Source: Antechinus flavipes
Lineage: Eukaryota
NCBI RefSeq assembly: GCF_016432865.1
Contig: NC_067399.1
Coordinates: forward strand, 1,922,001-1,986,000
Length of the DNA: 64,000 nucleotides
Reading direction: 5' to 3'
The translations under genes were made by a program, and so were the position numbers. Of the stretch, positions 1-12,911 are shown piece by piece. Under the pieces are notes generated by a model. It was not told where the DNA came from. It searched no databases and saw only the letters and a list, made by a program, of their open reading frames with translations. The stretch's first letter is position 1; each line of letters opens with the position of its first letter.

Positions 1-1775
1 AAAAAATTTAAAAAAAAAAGTAAATTATCTGTCTTGGATCTATTTTCCAGCTCAATAATTTTTCCAACAAGATATTTTACATTGTTTTCTATTTTTTCAT
101 TCTTTTGGTTTTATTACATTGCTTCTTAATTTTTAAAGAAAATCATTACCTTCCATTTGCTCAATTCTAATTTCTAAGGAATTATTTTCTTAAGTGAACT
201 TTTGTATTTCCTTTTCCATTTGGCCAATTTTGCTTTTTAACACTTTTTTTCTTTTGCATCTCATTTCTCTTCCCATTTTTTCTTCTGTCTCTTCTATCTC
301 TGTTACTTGATTTTCAGAATCCCTTTTTGAGCTCTTCCATGGCCATAGACCATTTCTTCTTCTTTTCAGAGTCTTTGGATGTAGGAACTTTGACTTTGTT
401 TTCTTCGGAGCATGTTTTTATCCTTCTTGTCGTCATAGTAACTTTCTATGCTCAGAATCTTTTCCTGTTGTTTGCTCATGTTCCCCAGCCTATTATTTGC
501 ACTTTAACTCTTTGTTAAAGTAGGCCTCTGTGCAAAAATGTTTGTGGCAGCCCTTTTTGTAGTGGCAAGAAACTGGAACCTGAGAGGATGCCCATCAGCT
601 GGGGGTGGCTGAATAAGTTATGGCATATGAATGTTATGAAATATTATTGTTCTGTAAGAAACGATCAACACGATGATTTCAGAGAGGCCTGGAGAGACTT
701 ACGTGAATGGATACTGAGTGAAAGGAGCAGAAACAGGATATCATTGTACTCGGCAATAGCAAGATTATACAACGGTCAATTCTGATAGACATGACTCTTT
801 TCAACAATGAGATGATTGAGGCCAGTTCCAATGATCTTGTGATGAAGAGAGCCATCCACACCCAGAGAGAGACTGTGGGAACTGAGGGTGCATCACAACA
901 TGACATTCTCACTCTGTTGTTTGCTTGCTTTTTGTTTTTCTCTTTTTTTCCTTTTTGAGTGGATTTTTTTTTTTTTGTGCAGCAAGAGAATTGTACAAAT
1001 ATGTTTACACATATTGGATTTAACATATATTTTAACATAGTTAATATGTATTGGACTACCTGCCATCTAGGAGAGGGGGTGGGGGGAAGGAGGGGAAAAT
1101 CTGCTATGCAAGGGGCAATATTGAAAAATTATTTGTGCATATGTTTTGAAAATAAAAAGCTTTAAGAAATGATAAAATAGGCTTCTGTTTCCAGGGTGGA
1201 GGGTGCAATGGCCCAAGCAGGGATTTTTAACGTTTTCAGAGCTGCCCCAAGGGACCTGTAAGCTTTCAGTTCTTCCAAAGAGAAGCGTGTTTGAGCACTC
1301 TTTTCTGTTCTGTACCCTGAGGAGAATTGACGCTGCCCTGGGACTGTAAGATGCTGAAAGAGCCCTTCCTTAGTGCTAGTAAAGACACTTGCTCTGAGCT
1401 GAGGCCTTCAGAAGCTGCCCTGCCACTACCCACACCCACTCTTGGTTTGCTGGTTTCCCAAGGCCCTTTCCCTGCCGACCACCAAGTTATCATAGGTGTC
1501 TCTGGGTTGAGAGGTCTGGAAACTTCTGGTACTGATTCGGAGGCCCGAGGGCCACCGGTGCCTTTCTGGAGCCTGGGCTTCCTGTGCCTGACTGTGAGGA
1601 CTCCCACTCTGATTCAGCAGACCCTTCCTGCTGACCTTCTAAGTTTCTAAGTTGGCTGGAAAATTGATCCTCTGACCGTGTGGGTTTTGACTCTAAAATT
1701 TGTGTAGAATCATTATCAGAGGGGCTGGATGGCTTCCTGCCTTCCCTTTGCCATCTTGGCTCCGTTTCCTCCCAG
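1..1775 (-). mobile_element. Older LINE-1, 5' portion (5'UTR plus ORF1 region), interrupted by a younger L1 at 531-1173
   Basis: The minus strand at about 1775 reads GGAGCCAAGATGGC, a typical L1 5' start. The T-rich antisense ORF1-like sequence at 1-516 continues directly at 1188 once the nested insert is removed. Confidence 0.65.
531..1173 (+). mobile_element. 5'-truncated LINE-1 (ORF2 C-terminus plus 3'UTR) with target-site duplication
   Basis: ORF2 C-terminal motif (AALFVVARNW...CPS..WLNKLWHMNVMKYYCSVRND), 3'UTR with G-rich tract and AATAAA at about 1151. Flanks aaagtaggcctctg (517-530) and aaaataggcttctg (1174-1187) form a 14-bp TSD with 2 mismatches. Confidence 0.85.
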
Positions 1776-2692
1776 AAGGTCTTTCTCTGATCTCCAGCCA
1801 CCGGGAGTTCTAGAACTTCCTCTGGTCGTTAGGTGGTTCCAGGGCGGAATTCCCACCCAGAATGTCAGCGGGGGCTGCATCATTTGGGCGTGTGACCCCA
1901 TGTAGCGCAGAGTCTTCTGTCACCCAGGGGAGCGTTCAATCGAATTTAATTTAACAGGGAACGAAGCTGGCTAAGTTTGCCCGGCTCCAGGTCAATGGGA
2001 GGCCTTTGTGAGGGCCCTGGCCTCGTTCCGGGTGGCAGCTCTCAATGGCTGCCCCCAAAAGACCAATGGATTCCATGCAATTCTCAGCTGTCCTCAAGGG
2101 GTCTAGAATTGTGGTCTCTCCTCTAGAGCAATCCATGCCCTAAGAAAACAGTTGTTGGGCTTGCGGTGGAATCGAAATGACTTCTGAGGGCAGAGCAGAA
2201 GCTGGCCAACAAGCACTGGGCACTCCTAGGTGCCAGGCTCTGCTTTGGGTGCTGGATCCTGCTGGTCCAAGAGCAGGGTTGGGGGGAGGGCTCTGATTGT
2301 CCCCCTAAACCGCTTCCCTTTGGCCTCTGGGCCCATGGATTCAATTTCTCCTCCCTCTAGACTGTTTGGTGACTGCTGGGGGGTCTCCGGCCTTTCCTCC
2401 AACCATCCATCAAAGGGGTTTTCCTAGAGCACGCATGTGACCATGTCACCCCCTACTCAGTAAAAACTCCAGTGGCTTCCTTCCTCTTTGGCCTTCAGAG
2501 CCTTTCACAACCTGCCCTCCCCTTCCCACTTTCTTATACCTTGTGCCCACGGGTCTGCTTTGCCTCAGTGACACTGGCCTCTGGGCCGAGGCTCCGTCTC
2601 CCACCTCTGGGCATTTCTCCCGTGTTGCCTGTGCCTGCCACATTCTCCCTCCTTATCTCTGCCTCCTTCAGTTCTCCCCTAAAAGGATGCCT

Positions 2693-3535
2693 GCCCAGCC
2701 CCCTCAATCCCTGGGCTGGTTCTCTGGTGATTATTCTCACTTGTTCTGCCCCGGTTCCCTCGATCCCTGGGCTGGTTCTCTGGTGATTATTCTCACTTGT
2801 TCTGCCCTGGTTCCCTCAATCCTTGAGCTGGTTCTCTGGTGATTATTGTTGCCCGTTTTGACCTGGCCCCCTCGATCCTTGGGCTGGTTCTCTGGTGATT
2901 ATTGTCGCCTGTTCTGCCCCAGCTCCCTCGATCCCTGGGCTGGTTCTCTGGTGATCATTCTCACTTGTTCTGCCCCGGTTCTCTCGATCCCAGGGCTGGT
3001 TCTCTGGTGATCATTCTCACTTGTTCTGCCCCGGTTCTCTCGATCCCAGGGCTGGTTCTCTGGTGATCATTCTCACTTGTTCTGCCCCGGTTCTCTCGAT
3101 CCCAGGGCTGGTTCTTTGGTGATCATTCTCACTTGTTCTGCCCCGGTTCTCTCGATCCCAGGGCTGGTTCTTTGGTGATCATTCTCACTTGTTCTGCCCC
3201 AGCTCCCTTGATCCCAGGGCTGGTTCTCTGGTGATCATTCTCACTTGTTCTGCCCCGGTTCCCTCGATCCCCGGGCTGGTTCTCTGGTGATTATTCTCAC
3301 TTGTTCTGCCCCGGTTCCCTCGATCCCCGGGCTGGTTCTCTGGTGATTATTCTCACTTGTTCTGCCCCAGCTCCCTCGATCCCAGGGCTGGTTCTCTGGT
3401 GATTATTCTCACTTGTTCTGCCCCGGTTCTCTCGATCCCCGGGCTGGTTCTCTGGTGATTATTGTCGCCTGTTCTGGCCCAGCTCCCTCGATCCCAGGGC
3501 TGATTCTCTGGTGATTATTCTTGCTCATTCTGGCC
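2693..3535. repeat. 56-bp minisatellite, about 15 copies
   Basis: Unit ctctcgatcccagggctggttctctggtgatcattctcacttgttctgccccggtt; successive copies start at 2981 and 3037. Confidence 0.95.
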
Positions 3536-3804
3536 ATGGCTCGTTTGCACACAGTTGTTCACATATTGTCTCCTCCATCACTCTGTGAGCTCTCCTGGAC
3601 TGGAACTACCTTTGCATTTCTTAGCAGATTTCCCGACAGCAGACATTTATCACGCGCTTATTGGTTGCCTGACATATACTTTTCAAAACCTACGGAATTG
3701 AAGTTGAGTTGATCTTCTGGATTGTTTTTATATCAAAATGTCCAAGTCTTTATTTGTAAAGATCATAATTTTTAAAAAAATGAACCTTTAAGGAAGAAAA
3801 TTAG

Positions 3805-4140
3805 TTTGAGACTCCATCGACAAGCTCTGTGACCCTGGGCAAGTCACTTAATCTCCATTGCCTCAACGACCAAAAAAAAAAGACGACTTCATTGAATAAT
3901 GTAGGGGTAGAGGAGGGGAATGAGCACTTCTATGCTACTGACTGTTGCTAAGACATTTACTAGACCTCACAAAAACCCTGGGAGGGAGGTGCTCTTATGC
4001 TCCCCATTTGACAAGCAAGTCAAGGCACACAGAAGTGAAGTGACATATCCAGGGTCACCCAGCTTGGAAGCTTCTGAGGCAGGATTTGAATTCAGTCCTT
4101 CCTGACTGCAGGCCCAGAGGCCTGTACCGTGTGCGACCGC
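3805..4140. mobile_element. SINE fragments (CORE-SINE 3' part on +, MIR on -)
   Basis: tgtgaccctgggcaagtcactta core with A tail at 3805-3885; antisense MIR core and tRNA head (gatttgaattcag) at 3955-4140. Confidence 0.6.
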
Positions 4141-4739
4141 CCAGCTGCCTGCCTGAGGTAGTTACGGCTTTACTTTGTGCTAGGTCCCAAGACTTCAAGA
4201 AGTTTCTCTCCCTTTGGGGAGATGGCGTCAGGTGGGGGCGGGCAGGGATGTGCCCTGAAGTAGCCTGGAGAGACCGGGGAGAATCGTTCAGGCTGGTGGC
4301 TTGTATTGAGTTCCTCCTGTAGGCCAGGGCTGGGCGAAGTCATGGAATCAGGGCCTCAGAGCCAAAGGTGGAGGGTGGAGGCAGGGAGGATGTTCTGAGA
4401 CCCGAGGGGCCCTGCCTGGACTGGCAGGGCCCCGACTCCCCTTGCAGGAGAGTGGCCATTTCCAGGTCCTGAAAGGGATGTTTTCGGGGGTTCCGCATTT
4501 CCTGCCCCAGGCTCCCGGGGGCTCGGTCTCAAGGGGCCTGTGGATTGGGAAGGGGTTGCTCATCTTGTGGCTCCCTGGGTGCGAAGCATTTCCTTTTCCT
4601 TTGGCTGCAGTAACAGGACCCCCGACATTTTAGGGTATGGCTGCTGGAGGGCAGGGGTCCTGGGGAGAGACCAGGGCTCTTCTCTCATGCTAGTAAGTCG
4701 TCCCCAAGCGACCCGGCACTTCTCAGTTTCTAGGGTCCG

Positions 4740-4907
4740 TGAATGATCGTCAGCAGATCATGCCCACCCACCGCCCGCAGTGACCGAGGGGAGGGCTTGC
4801 CGAGATAGCCGCGCGCTCAGGGATCCAGGCGGGCTTTCGCGTCAACAGAGAGATCGCCCGGGAGTCGTGAACACGCTTTGGAGCCAGAACAGCCGGCGCC
4901 CTCAAAG
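4740..4907 (+). promoter_or_regulatory. WDCP: CpG-rich WDCP promoter and non-coding exon 1
   Basis: CpG-dense segment ending in donor AAG|GTAATC at 4907/4908. A 195-nt intron runs to the acceptor ttccAG at 5101-5102, just upstream of the ATG. TSS not determinable. Confidence 0.55.
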
Positions 4908-5121
4908 GTAATCGGGATCGTGGAACCAGCGGCGCGAGAGCCTAGGCGGTGTTCTCAGAATGAGGCGCCCGAGGTCAGCAGGGGCTGCGAGAGGCCTGGG
5001 GGGGTGGGGGCTTGGCCAGGGGGCAGGGATCTACCGGAGAGGGGCGCCGGGGGGCAGGGCCTCTCCCCGCGAGCCCCCTGCCACGGTCTTGTGTGATTCC
5101 AGGTGCCTTCCGGCGGGAAGG

Positions 5122-8100
5122 ATGGACTTGGGCAAGAGCAAGCTCCTGCGCACTGGCCTCAACGCCCTGTACCAGGCGATCCATCCCATCCACGGCATCG
5201 CCTGGACCGACGGCAAGCAGGTGATCCTGATGACGCTGCAGCTGCAGAACCAGGAGCCCAAGTTCGGGAACTCGCGCATCATCGGGCAGTTCGAGCACGT
5301 GCACGGGCTGACCTGGAGCCCCCCGGGTGTCAGCGGCAGCCCCACGCTGCTGGCGGTGCAGCACAAGAAGCACGTGACCGTGTGGCAGCTGTGCGCCAGC
5401 CCCTCGGAGCGGAGCAAGCTGCTGGTGTCGCAGACGTGCGAGATCGGGGAGCCCTTCCCCGTGCTGCCGCAGGGCTGCGTCTGGCACCCCCACAAGGCCA
5501 TCCTGACGGTGCTCACCAGCCGCGACGTCTCCGTGCTGCACTCGGTGCACTGCGACAACTCGCGGGTGAAGGCCGACCTGGTCAAGGTGCACGGCTTCGT
5601 GCACTGCGCCTGCTGGACCCGGGACGGCCAGCGGCTGGTGGTGGCCGTGGGCAGCGCGCTGCACTCCTTCACCTGGGACGAGGCGCAGAAGGCCCTGCAC
5701 CTGTGCTCCTGCTGCCCCGTGTTTGAGGTGGGCAGCCCCATCTGCTCCGTGCTGGCCACCGTGGACATGCAGATCGCCGTGGCCACCGAGCTCCCGCTGG
5801 ACAAGATCTGCAGCCTGGGCTCCATGGAGGCCCTGGAGATCTCCCCCTCGTCCCGGGCGGGCAGCACGCAGCCGCCCTTCACGGACCCCCGGAAGACCAC
5901 CGGCAACTCGGAGCCCTCCTCCTCCTCCTCCGCGTCCATCTCGTCTTCGTCCCTGGATTCCCTGGTGCTCTCTCAGATTCTGCCCAGGAGCTCCCGGTCA
6001 GACTCCAACTCGCTCTTCAACCTCCGAGACAAGGACTGCTTGTCTGCCATGGATCAGGACTCCTCCCATCTGGTCCTGGTGACCTTCGACAGGATGGTCA
6101 CCGCCACCCGCAAGGTGGGCATCCCCGGCATCCTGGTGCCGGACATGCTGGCCTTTGACCCCCGGTCGCAGGTGGTCGCCGTGGCCTCCAACATGTGCCA
6201 CATCATCCTGATCTACGCGCTGGGCTCCTCGCTGGCTCCCAGCGTCCAGTGCATCCGGCTGGAGTCCTGCGAGAGGCCCAAGGGCATCTGCTTCTTGTCC
6301 GACAAGCGCCTGCTGATCCTGGTGGGGAAGCAGAAGTTCACGGACCCCACCTTCCTGCCCTCCTCCAAGTCCGACCGCTACACCATCCGCCTGGTCATCA
6401 GGGAGATCAGCTTCGAGGAAGAGCCCTCCTGGAGGTCCGTCTGGAGCCAGCAGGACTTCTGCAACGTCAAGGTGACGCTGGGCATGCCCACCAAGAAGAA
6501 GCTGGGGGAGAGCCACTACCCTATCTTCTACCCCCCGCGGAAGGAGCTCCTCCTCCCCGGGAGCCTCACCATCCACTCGCGGACGAGCGGCAAGACCCTG
6601 ATCGAGGAGATCTCGGAGCCTTCCCAGAGCTCCAGGTTCAACTCGCCGCCGCCCCCCACCGCCGCCTCTGCAGAAAGGCCGGAGGCCGGCCCTGGCCTCC
6701 AGCCCGCGGCCCTCCCCAGCCCCCACGCCGGGCCAAACTCCCCGAAGAACCACTGCCGCCTGATCCACGAGCCCCTGAACCTTCCCCAGGGCCAAGCCGC
6801 CAGCAACGAGAAGGAGGAAAGTCGGCTGTGCGCGACGCTGGACAGGCTGTCCGGGAACTTCACAGACCTCCACCAGCGCCTCTCCGAGCTCCTCGAGCTC
6901 CTGCGCAACCAGAAGCAGTCGCCCGCCCCCACCAGTTACCCGCACTCTCAAGACCCATGTTTTCTTCTCATCACCTGCCAGGTAACTGGGGGAGCTTCCT
7001 CTGTCCCCCACCCCCTAGACGAGTGGAGTCCTGGGTGTGTTGGGGCGGGGGGCTCTCCCGATTTCTGTATTGGCATCTGCTTTGGTGACGGGCGGGAATC
7101 ACTCACGGTTGGTGAGCCGAACGGACCCTTCTGTTAGGATGAGCGTTTCTTTAATCGTTGGCAGGACGCAGAAAGCAGAGTGCGCTGGGAAGCCATTTTG
7201 AACCTTGAGGTCTGTGGTTTCTTTGGGTTTTCGGTTCCCGTGTCCGTGACTTGGGAGGTCCCTGTCCCGTCCCCCTGAAGCTTGTCCAGCATTCATCGGG
7301 CAGGGATCGGGCAGAGCTGGAGCAGGGGCTTCTCACCCCTCCCGCTAGGTCACTCCTCGGACGGGGATTCCCTTCACTGATGCAGATCGCAGCATAGCAC
7401 CCTAATACGATGCTGTAAGGTTTGCAGAGCACTTTGTGGATGGGGTTTCATCTGCGCCTCATTCTTCGCTGTTGGAGACGATTTTAGACAAATATTAAAT
7501 ATGGCGCCTTTTTTTTTTTTTTTTTTTTTAAAGTAAAAGAGGCTATTTTCATTTGGCCAACATGAGGAACCTTAGGTTAAAAATTCATTCTCTTTACTTT
7601 CTCTTGTTCATCCAGTTGTAAAAGAGATAGGAACCTTCTTGCAAGGAAGAAGCTATTTCTGATTGGAGTGGAAGGGTTCCTTTTCACATCCTTGTTAGGC
7701 AGGACCAGTGGCCGCCCAGGCGGCCCCACGGCTGGGGGCGAGCCTCTTCCAGAGCCCCGTGGAGTTCTATCGGGATGGCCCCTCGCTGGAATCCCAGAAC
7801 CTAACACGGCACTCATGGTGGGGGGGTAGGGGGGGAGGGAGTGACCGCGCAAGCAGGGGCTGGCCAGGAGCTGGGAGACGCACAAAAGCAGTGATCTGAG
7901 GAGAAATGGTATCTGGGAGGAAGATGGGACATAGCTCACTCTGACTGGGACAGGAAAATGTTCTTTCGAGTCAGTTCTGTTAAAACTTTCTTTGGGGGAA
8001 ATGGGGAGTTTCCATGAAAAAGTATTCATTTTGTGTGTGACAAAATATGGCTTAAATATTTTAAAGCTAATTTTAAAAAATCCTCATCTTTTACCTTAAT

Positions 8101-11100
8101 CGCCTCGTCTTGCTTGTCTTTCCCCCTTTCTGGTGCTTGAAGTCCGTTCCCAGGCAGAGGCTGAAGTTTGAGACCCTTTGAGGTTGCTTGAGGGGGCCCG
8201 GCCCAGGTTCGGGGGGCCACAGCGGCCCTATTGCTGGCTAACAGATTCTGTCCTTGGGCTTGAAGAAGCCCTCCTCCGCAGGCCCTGTGGTGGACAAGAG
8301 AGCGGTCCTTCTCTGCGAAGGCAAGTTGCGCCTGCAGATGGTCCAGCAGATGTTCGGTATCTCTTTGGTGGAGATGCAGCACGGTGAGTCGGTCTGGGGC
8401 TGGGAAGGGGCTGGGTAAGCCCAGCAAGCATTAAGCACCTGCTGTGTGCCCAGCACTGGGGGATAGGGGAATCAAAGGACAGAGCAGTTGGGGGGAGGGA
8501 CCTGCAGAAGGTGGGGCCTGGACTCGGAAGGAATGAAGAGGGAAAGAGCCCTAGAGCAGGGGGGAGGAGGCCAGGGGCTGTGGGAGAAGTTTGTACCTGA
8601 GCTCTCAGAAACATTGAGACAATAGGGAGAAATGCTGGATGTGATGGCCTAGAGGGTGATGAGGTCTGGTCGGTGAAGGAAAGCTTGCAGCAGGGAGAGA
8701 CTGGAGACAGGGGGCCCAGTCCCAGGTCGTGGTCATGAGGGTCTGAATGTGAGGAGGGGCTACGTCAGTGGAGAGAAGCGTTCGGACGAGGGAGATGTTG
8801 AGGGAGACGTGGCGAGAGGCGGTAAGGGACAGTGCTGGGGTTCAGAACCTGAAAATCCAAAGGAAGGGTGGGGCCTTGACAGAAAGATGCAAATTTGTAC
8901 CCTGGAAGTGCCAATCAGGAATTAATTGGAGATGAAATAGCCTTATCTTAAAGAACTAGTCATAGAATGAGTAATAATTCCACTGAAGAGAATGGCGATA
9001 ATGAGACAAGGAGCAAAGGCGGTAATCTCAGGGAAAATTATATCTCCAAATGCTTCCACCAATAAAGTAGAGGAAGATAAGAACAATGAACTGGGCATGA
9101 ATTAAAAAACATTGGAAATCCTAAAAATTAAAGCTGAAATTAATCGAGTTAAATGTAAGAAAGCCTTTGAATTTACAAATAATACTGAAGGCTTTATGAA
9201 AAAAAACCCAGTAAAATAGAAAAACCCTTTGTTAATTGATTAAAAGAAGAAAACCAAATCACTGGCATTAAAAATGAATACATTGCTAATGAAGATGAAA
9301 TCAAAGCAATTATAAGAGTTATTTAACCCAATTACATGCCAATAAATATGACAAGTTAAATGAAAAGGAAGAATACTTAACAAAAATATGTAAACTGCCT
9401 AACTTAGCAGAAGAAATAGAATATCAAAATAAACCTATTTTAGAAAAAGAAATTGAACAGGCAATGAGAAGAAAAAAGCATCAGGACCAGATAGATTTCG
9501 AATTCTACTATTCTGCTGTTCATTTAAAGATCAACTAGTTTAATCTTAAATAAGTTATAAGTTGTCACCAACAAAACCCTGCGAGAAGACAAAGTAAGAT
9601 ATACCCCATTTAAAGTAATGGTAGACGGCATAAATACCTAGAAAATATATCTGCCTAGATAAACCTCGTAACTACATGAATATAATTATAAAACAAATAA
9701 AATCAGATTGAAATAATGAGAAAAAGCATCAGTTGTTCATGGTGGGAAGAGCCAATATAATAAAAATGATAATTTTGCCTCAACTACTCTATTTATTTAA
9801 TACCATCCCAATTAAATTACTAAAAAAAATTTTTATTGAGCTAGAGAAAAATGAAACTAATTTGGAAGAACAAAAAGTCAAGAATATTAAAGGAACTAGT
9901 GAAAAATGTAAAGGAAGGAGTTTTAACATCAGATTTTAAACTATAAAGCAGTAATTACAAAAACTCTCTGGTACTGTTCATGCAATAGAAAGGTGGATCA
10001 ATGGAACAAAGTAAATGTACAGTGCTCAGTAAATAATTAGTAACTTTGGGTTTGACCAATGTATAAAGATTTAAGCTTTGGGGCTAAGAATTCACTGTAT
10101 GATAAGAAGAAAAATTTGTTGGGTAAGCTGGAAAGCACTGTCTGGCAGAAATTAGGTACGATCCAATATCTTATGGCATTTTTCAAGATAAAGTCAAAAT
10201 GGATACATGACCTAAATATAAAGAGAGCTATCACAAGCAAAATTGAACATGATATTAGATAACTTAAAATTAGAGCACAGATATGATCTAAAAGACTTAC
10301 GAATGGAAGAAGAATTTATGAATAAATTAGAGCATTGTAAAATGTAAAATGAATAGTTTTGATTATATTTAATTTTAAAAATTTGTACAAATGAAAACAA
10401 TATAGCCAAGATTAGAAAGAAAGCAGAAAACTTTGGGGGAAATTTTGTAGACACTTTCTCAGATAAATGTCTCATATCTCAAATATATAGAGAAGAATAT
10501 GAGTCATTGATAAATTGATAAATGGACAAAGGATATGAACAGGCAGTTTTGGGATAAAGAAATCAAAGCTATTTATAGTCACAAAAATGCTTTATATTAT
10601 TGATTAGAGAAATGCAGATTAAAACGACTCTGAAACACCATCTCTCAGATTGACTAAAATCATAAAATGGGAAAAAATGACAAATGTTGGAAGAGTTTGA
10701 AAAAAACTGAGACATTACACTGTTGGTAGAACCGTGAACTGATCCAACCATTTGGAGAGCAATCTGGAATTATGCCCAGAGTTATAAAACTGTGTATCCC
10801 CTTTGACCCAGTTATACCAATATTAGGTCTGTTTCCTGAAATGTTCAAGGAAAAAGAGAACCTATGTTCTAAAATGTTTATAGCGATTCTCTTTGTGGTG
10901 GCAAAGAACTGGAAATTGGAGGTTGCCCATCAGTTGGGGATTGGATGAACAAATTATGTTGTATGATTGACTACTGTGCTATAAGAAAGGATGAGCTCAT
11001 TGATCTTAGAAAAACATGGATAGACTTGCATGAAATAAGGGTGAAATGAGCAGAACCAAGGGAACATTGTATACATTAACAGCAACATTGTCCAAAGAAT

Positions 11101-12911
11101 CCACCTCCAGGGAAACAACTGATAGAGGAGTTTGCCTCTTGTGGTCTTGCATATATTTATAAATTTGTATCAAATGGTGGCCTTTTCTAGTCTGGAGTGG
11201 GGTGAGATGAAGGGAGAAAATTAATAAAAACAATTTTAAAAGAAATAAGCAAGTCTGGAAGAGAGAAACATTATTTGTATGGGGCATGTTGCATTTGAAT
11301 GGCCCCGTGGCTTCCCATCGGAATGTCCCGTAGGCACTTGGTGATTGGGGATAGAAGCTGGGAGGAGGGAGATCTTGGGGTGTTACATGTAGCGAGACGA
11401 TGAGGTCACCAAGAGAGGAGAGGAAGAAGAGACTGGAGGGCTCGGGACTTAACCCTGGGGGATACCTGTGGTTAGGGTATGAGCTAGAGAGGATCCAGAG
11501 GAGGAGTGGGCAGAGAGGGAGGAGGAAAGTCAGGAGAGGGTCCTAGAAACCCAGAAAAGTGTCTCTAGGAGTAGAGGGCGACCAGCAAGATCAAAAGCTG
11601 CAGGGAGGTCCGGGAGAAAGAGGATGGAGGGAGGGCCTCTGGATCTGGACACTAAGACGTCACTGGTCACTTTGGAGAGGGCAGTTTTGGTGGAAGGATC
11701 AGGTTGGAAGCCAGATGGCTTAAGAAGAGCAGGAGAGGAAGCGGAGGCCCCGCAGGGAGCTGGTGAGACACAACAGGCAGGAAAGGGGTTTGGGAGGATA
11801 GGAAGACCTGGGCATAAGTGGGAAGGAGCCAGCATAAGGGAGAATGAAGGGCAGTGAGAGATATGGCAGGGATGGTGGTGATCTGCTGGGGAAGATGGGA
11901 TGGCAGGGATGGTGGTGATCTGGAGGAAGCGGGATGGTAAAAGTGGTGGTGATCTGGAGGAGGGGGATGGCAGGGGATTTCTTGTGCAGACAGTGGGGTC
12001 TGCTTTGGTCAGGAGCGAGGCCATCTGGGAGATTGCAGTCAGGGGAGGAAGGGCAGGTGACTGGATAGACATCTGTCTCCAGGAACTTGTGAAGGGGAGG
12101 ATGGTATCCAATGGCGACTTGAGGAGAAGGCCGGGTCTTGGGACGGAGCAGGGGGTGGCTGGGGTGGCGGTGTGATGGCTCATGTGAACTGCCCTGCTTC
12201 AGGTCTTTCTCCCTCGCACCCCTGGAGACCTTCTGGATGATGACACGGAGGTCCTGGAGCTTCTCAGCTCCGGTCCAGAGGGGCCAGAAGGCCTCAGGCT
12301 GAATCTTGAGCCAAGGCTGCTCTGAAGCCCCTTGCCTCTTCACCATCTTTAGCCGTGTTTAGCTCTCACTGAAACTCTCTGCCTCAGTTTGCATCCCGGA
12401 GCTTTTGTGAGGTTCAAAAAGAGATTGGAAGCCAAAAGTGTGAGCGGCGAAGGCGGGTCCCAGGGCCAGGAACACTTTTTTGCGTACCCTGGCTGATGCT
12501 GCCGGACCCTCAGCGTGTGTGGAGATGGGGGTCTCGAGGGGTGCCGGGAGAGGCTCTGGCCTGAGAAGGGGGATCACAAGGGCAGAGTGTTTGAAAGCAA
12601 AACAGTCCGGGGACCTTTCCCCCGGCTGCAGGGGGCAGGAGCCGCGCACAGCCGGGCCCTCCTGGTGCCTTGGGCCAAGGGCAGGGGCTGCTCGTCAGGA
12701 GGAGGGCTGACTCCCCTCTCTTGGACTTCCAGGCTCCCTCTGGATCCTCCTTTCTGCCGACAGTGAAGGCTTCATCCCGTTAATCTTCTCAGCCTCCCAG
12801 GAGATCATCATCCGTGACGGCAGCGGCGGCGACGGCAGCGGCAGCAATAGCGCCAGTGCCAGCGCCAGCGCCAATGGCAGCGCCAACGGGCTGGGTTCCC
12901 CCACGCAGTGA
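5122..12911 (+). CDS. WDCP: WD repeat and coiled-coil containing protein (C2orf44), 718 aa; join(5122..6981,8266..8383,12733..12911)
   Basis: [34 protein letters not shown] matches the recalled human start [31 protein letters not shown]. Exon 3 encodes [23 protein letters not shown]; exon 4 encodes [31 protein letters not shown]. All junctions are GT-AG and in phase; stop TGA at 12909-12911. Confidence 0.95.
8420..8870 (-). mobile_element. L2 3' fragment
   Basis: Antisense L2 tail motif (aagcattaagcacctgctgtgtgcccagcactgg) followed by purine-rich L2-like sequence. Confidence 0.5.
8880..11250 (+). mobile_element. Decayed LINE-1 ORF2 and 3'UTR in WDCP intron 3
   Basis: A-rich; ORF2 peptides [26 protein letters not shown] and REMQIKTTL; multiple stops; AATAAA at about 11223. 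Confidence 0.9.
11310..12350 (-). mobile_element. L2 LINE ORF2 (reverse transcriptase) relic
   Basis: Minus-strand peptide [42 protein letters not shown] resembles the L2 RT motif STETALxKVxND...LDLSAAFD. Contains a small 22-23-bp repeat at about 11862-11975. Confidence 0.8.

Noticed and set aside
4205-4250. Faint resemblance to FKBP1B exon 1 on the minus strand
   Set aside because: Only a short ccatctcccc match with no start codon or in-frame MGVEI.
4975-7088. Long antisense and alternative-frame ORFs over WDCP exon 2 (241, 302, 337, 297 aa)
   Set aside because: Shadow ORFs caused by very high GC3; no recognisable domain.
4960-7137. 725-aa single-exon ORF as the WDCP protein
   Set aside because: The real start is ATG 5122 after an acceptor at 5102; homology stops at the donor at 6981 and the ORF tail is intron read-through.
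8241-8268. Alternative WDCP exon 3 acceptors (acAG at 8244; tandem AAG at 8268)
   Set aside because: The 8244 AG directly follows the likely branch point ctaac and is too close to be used; 8265 restores the homologous residues. Only minor variation would result.
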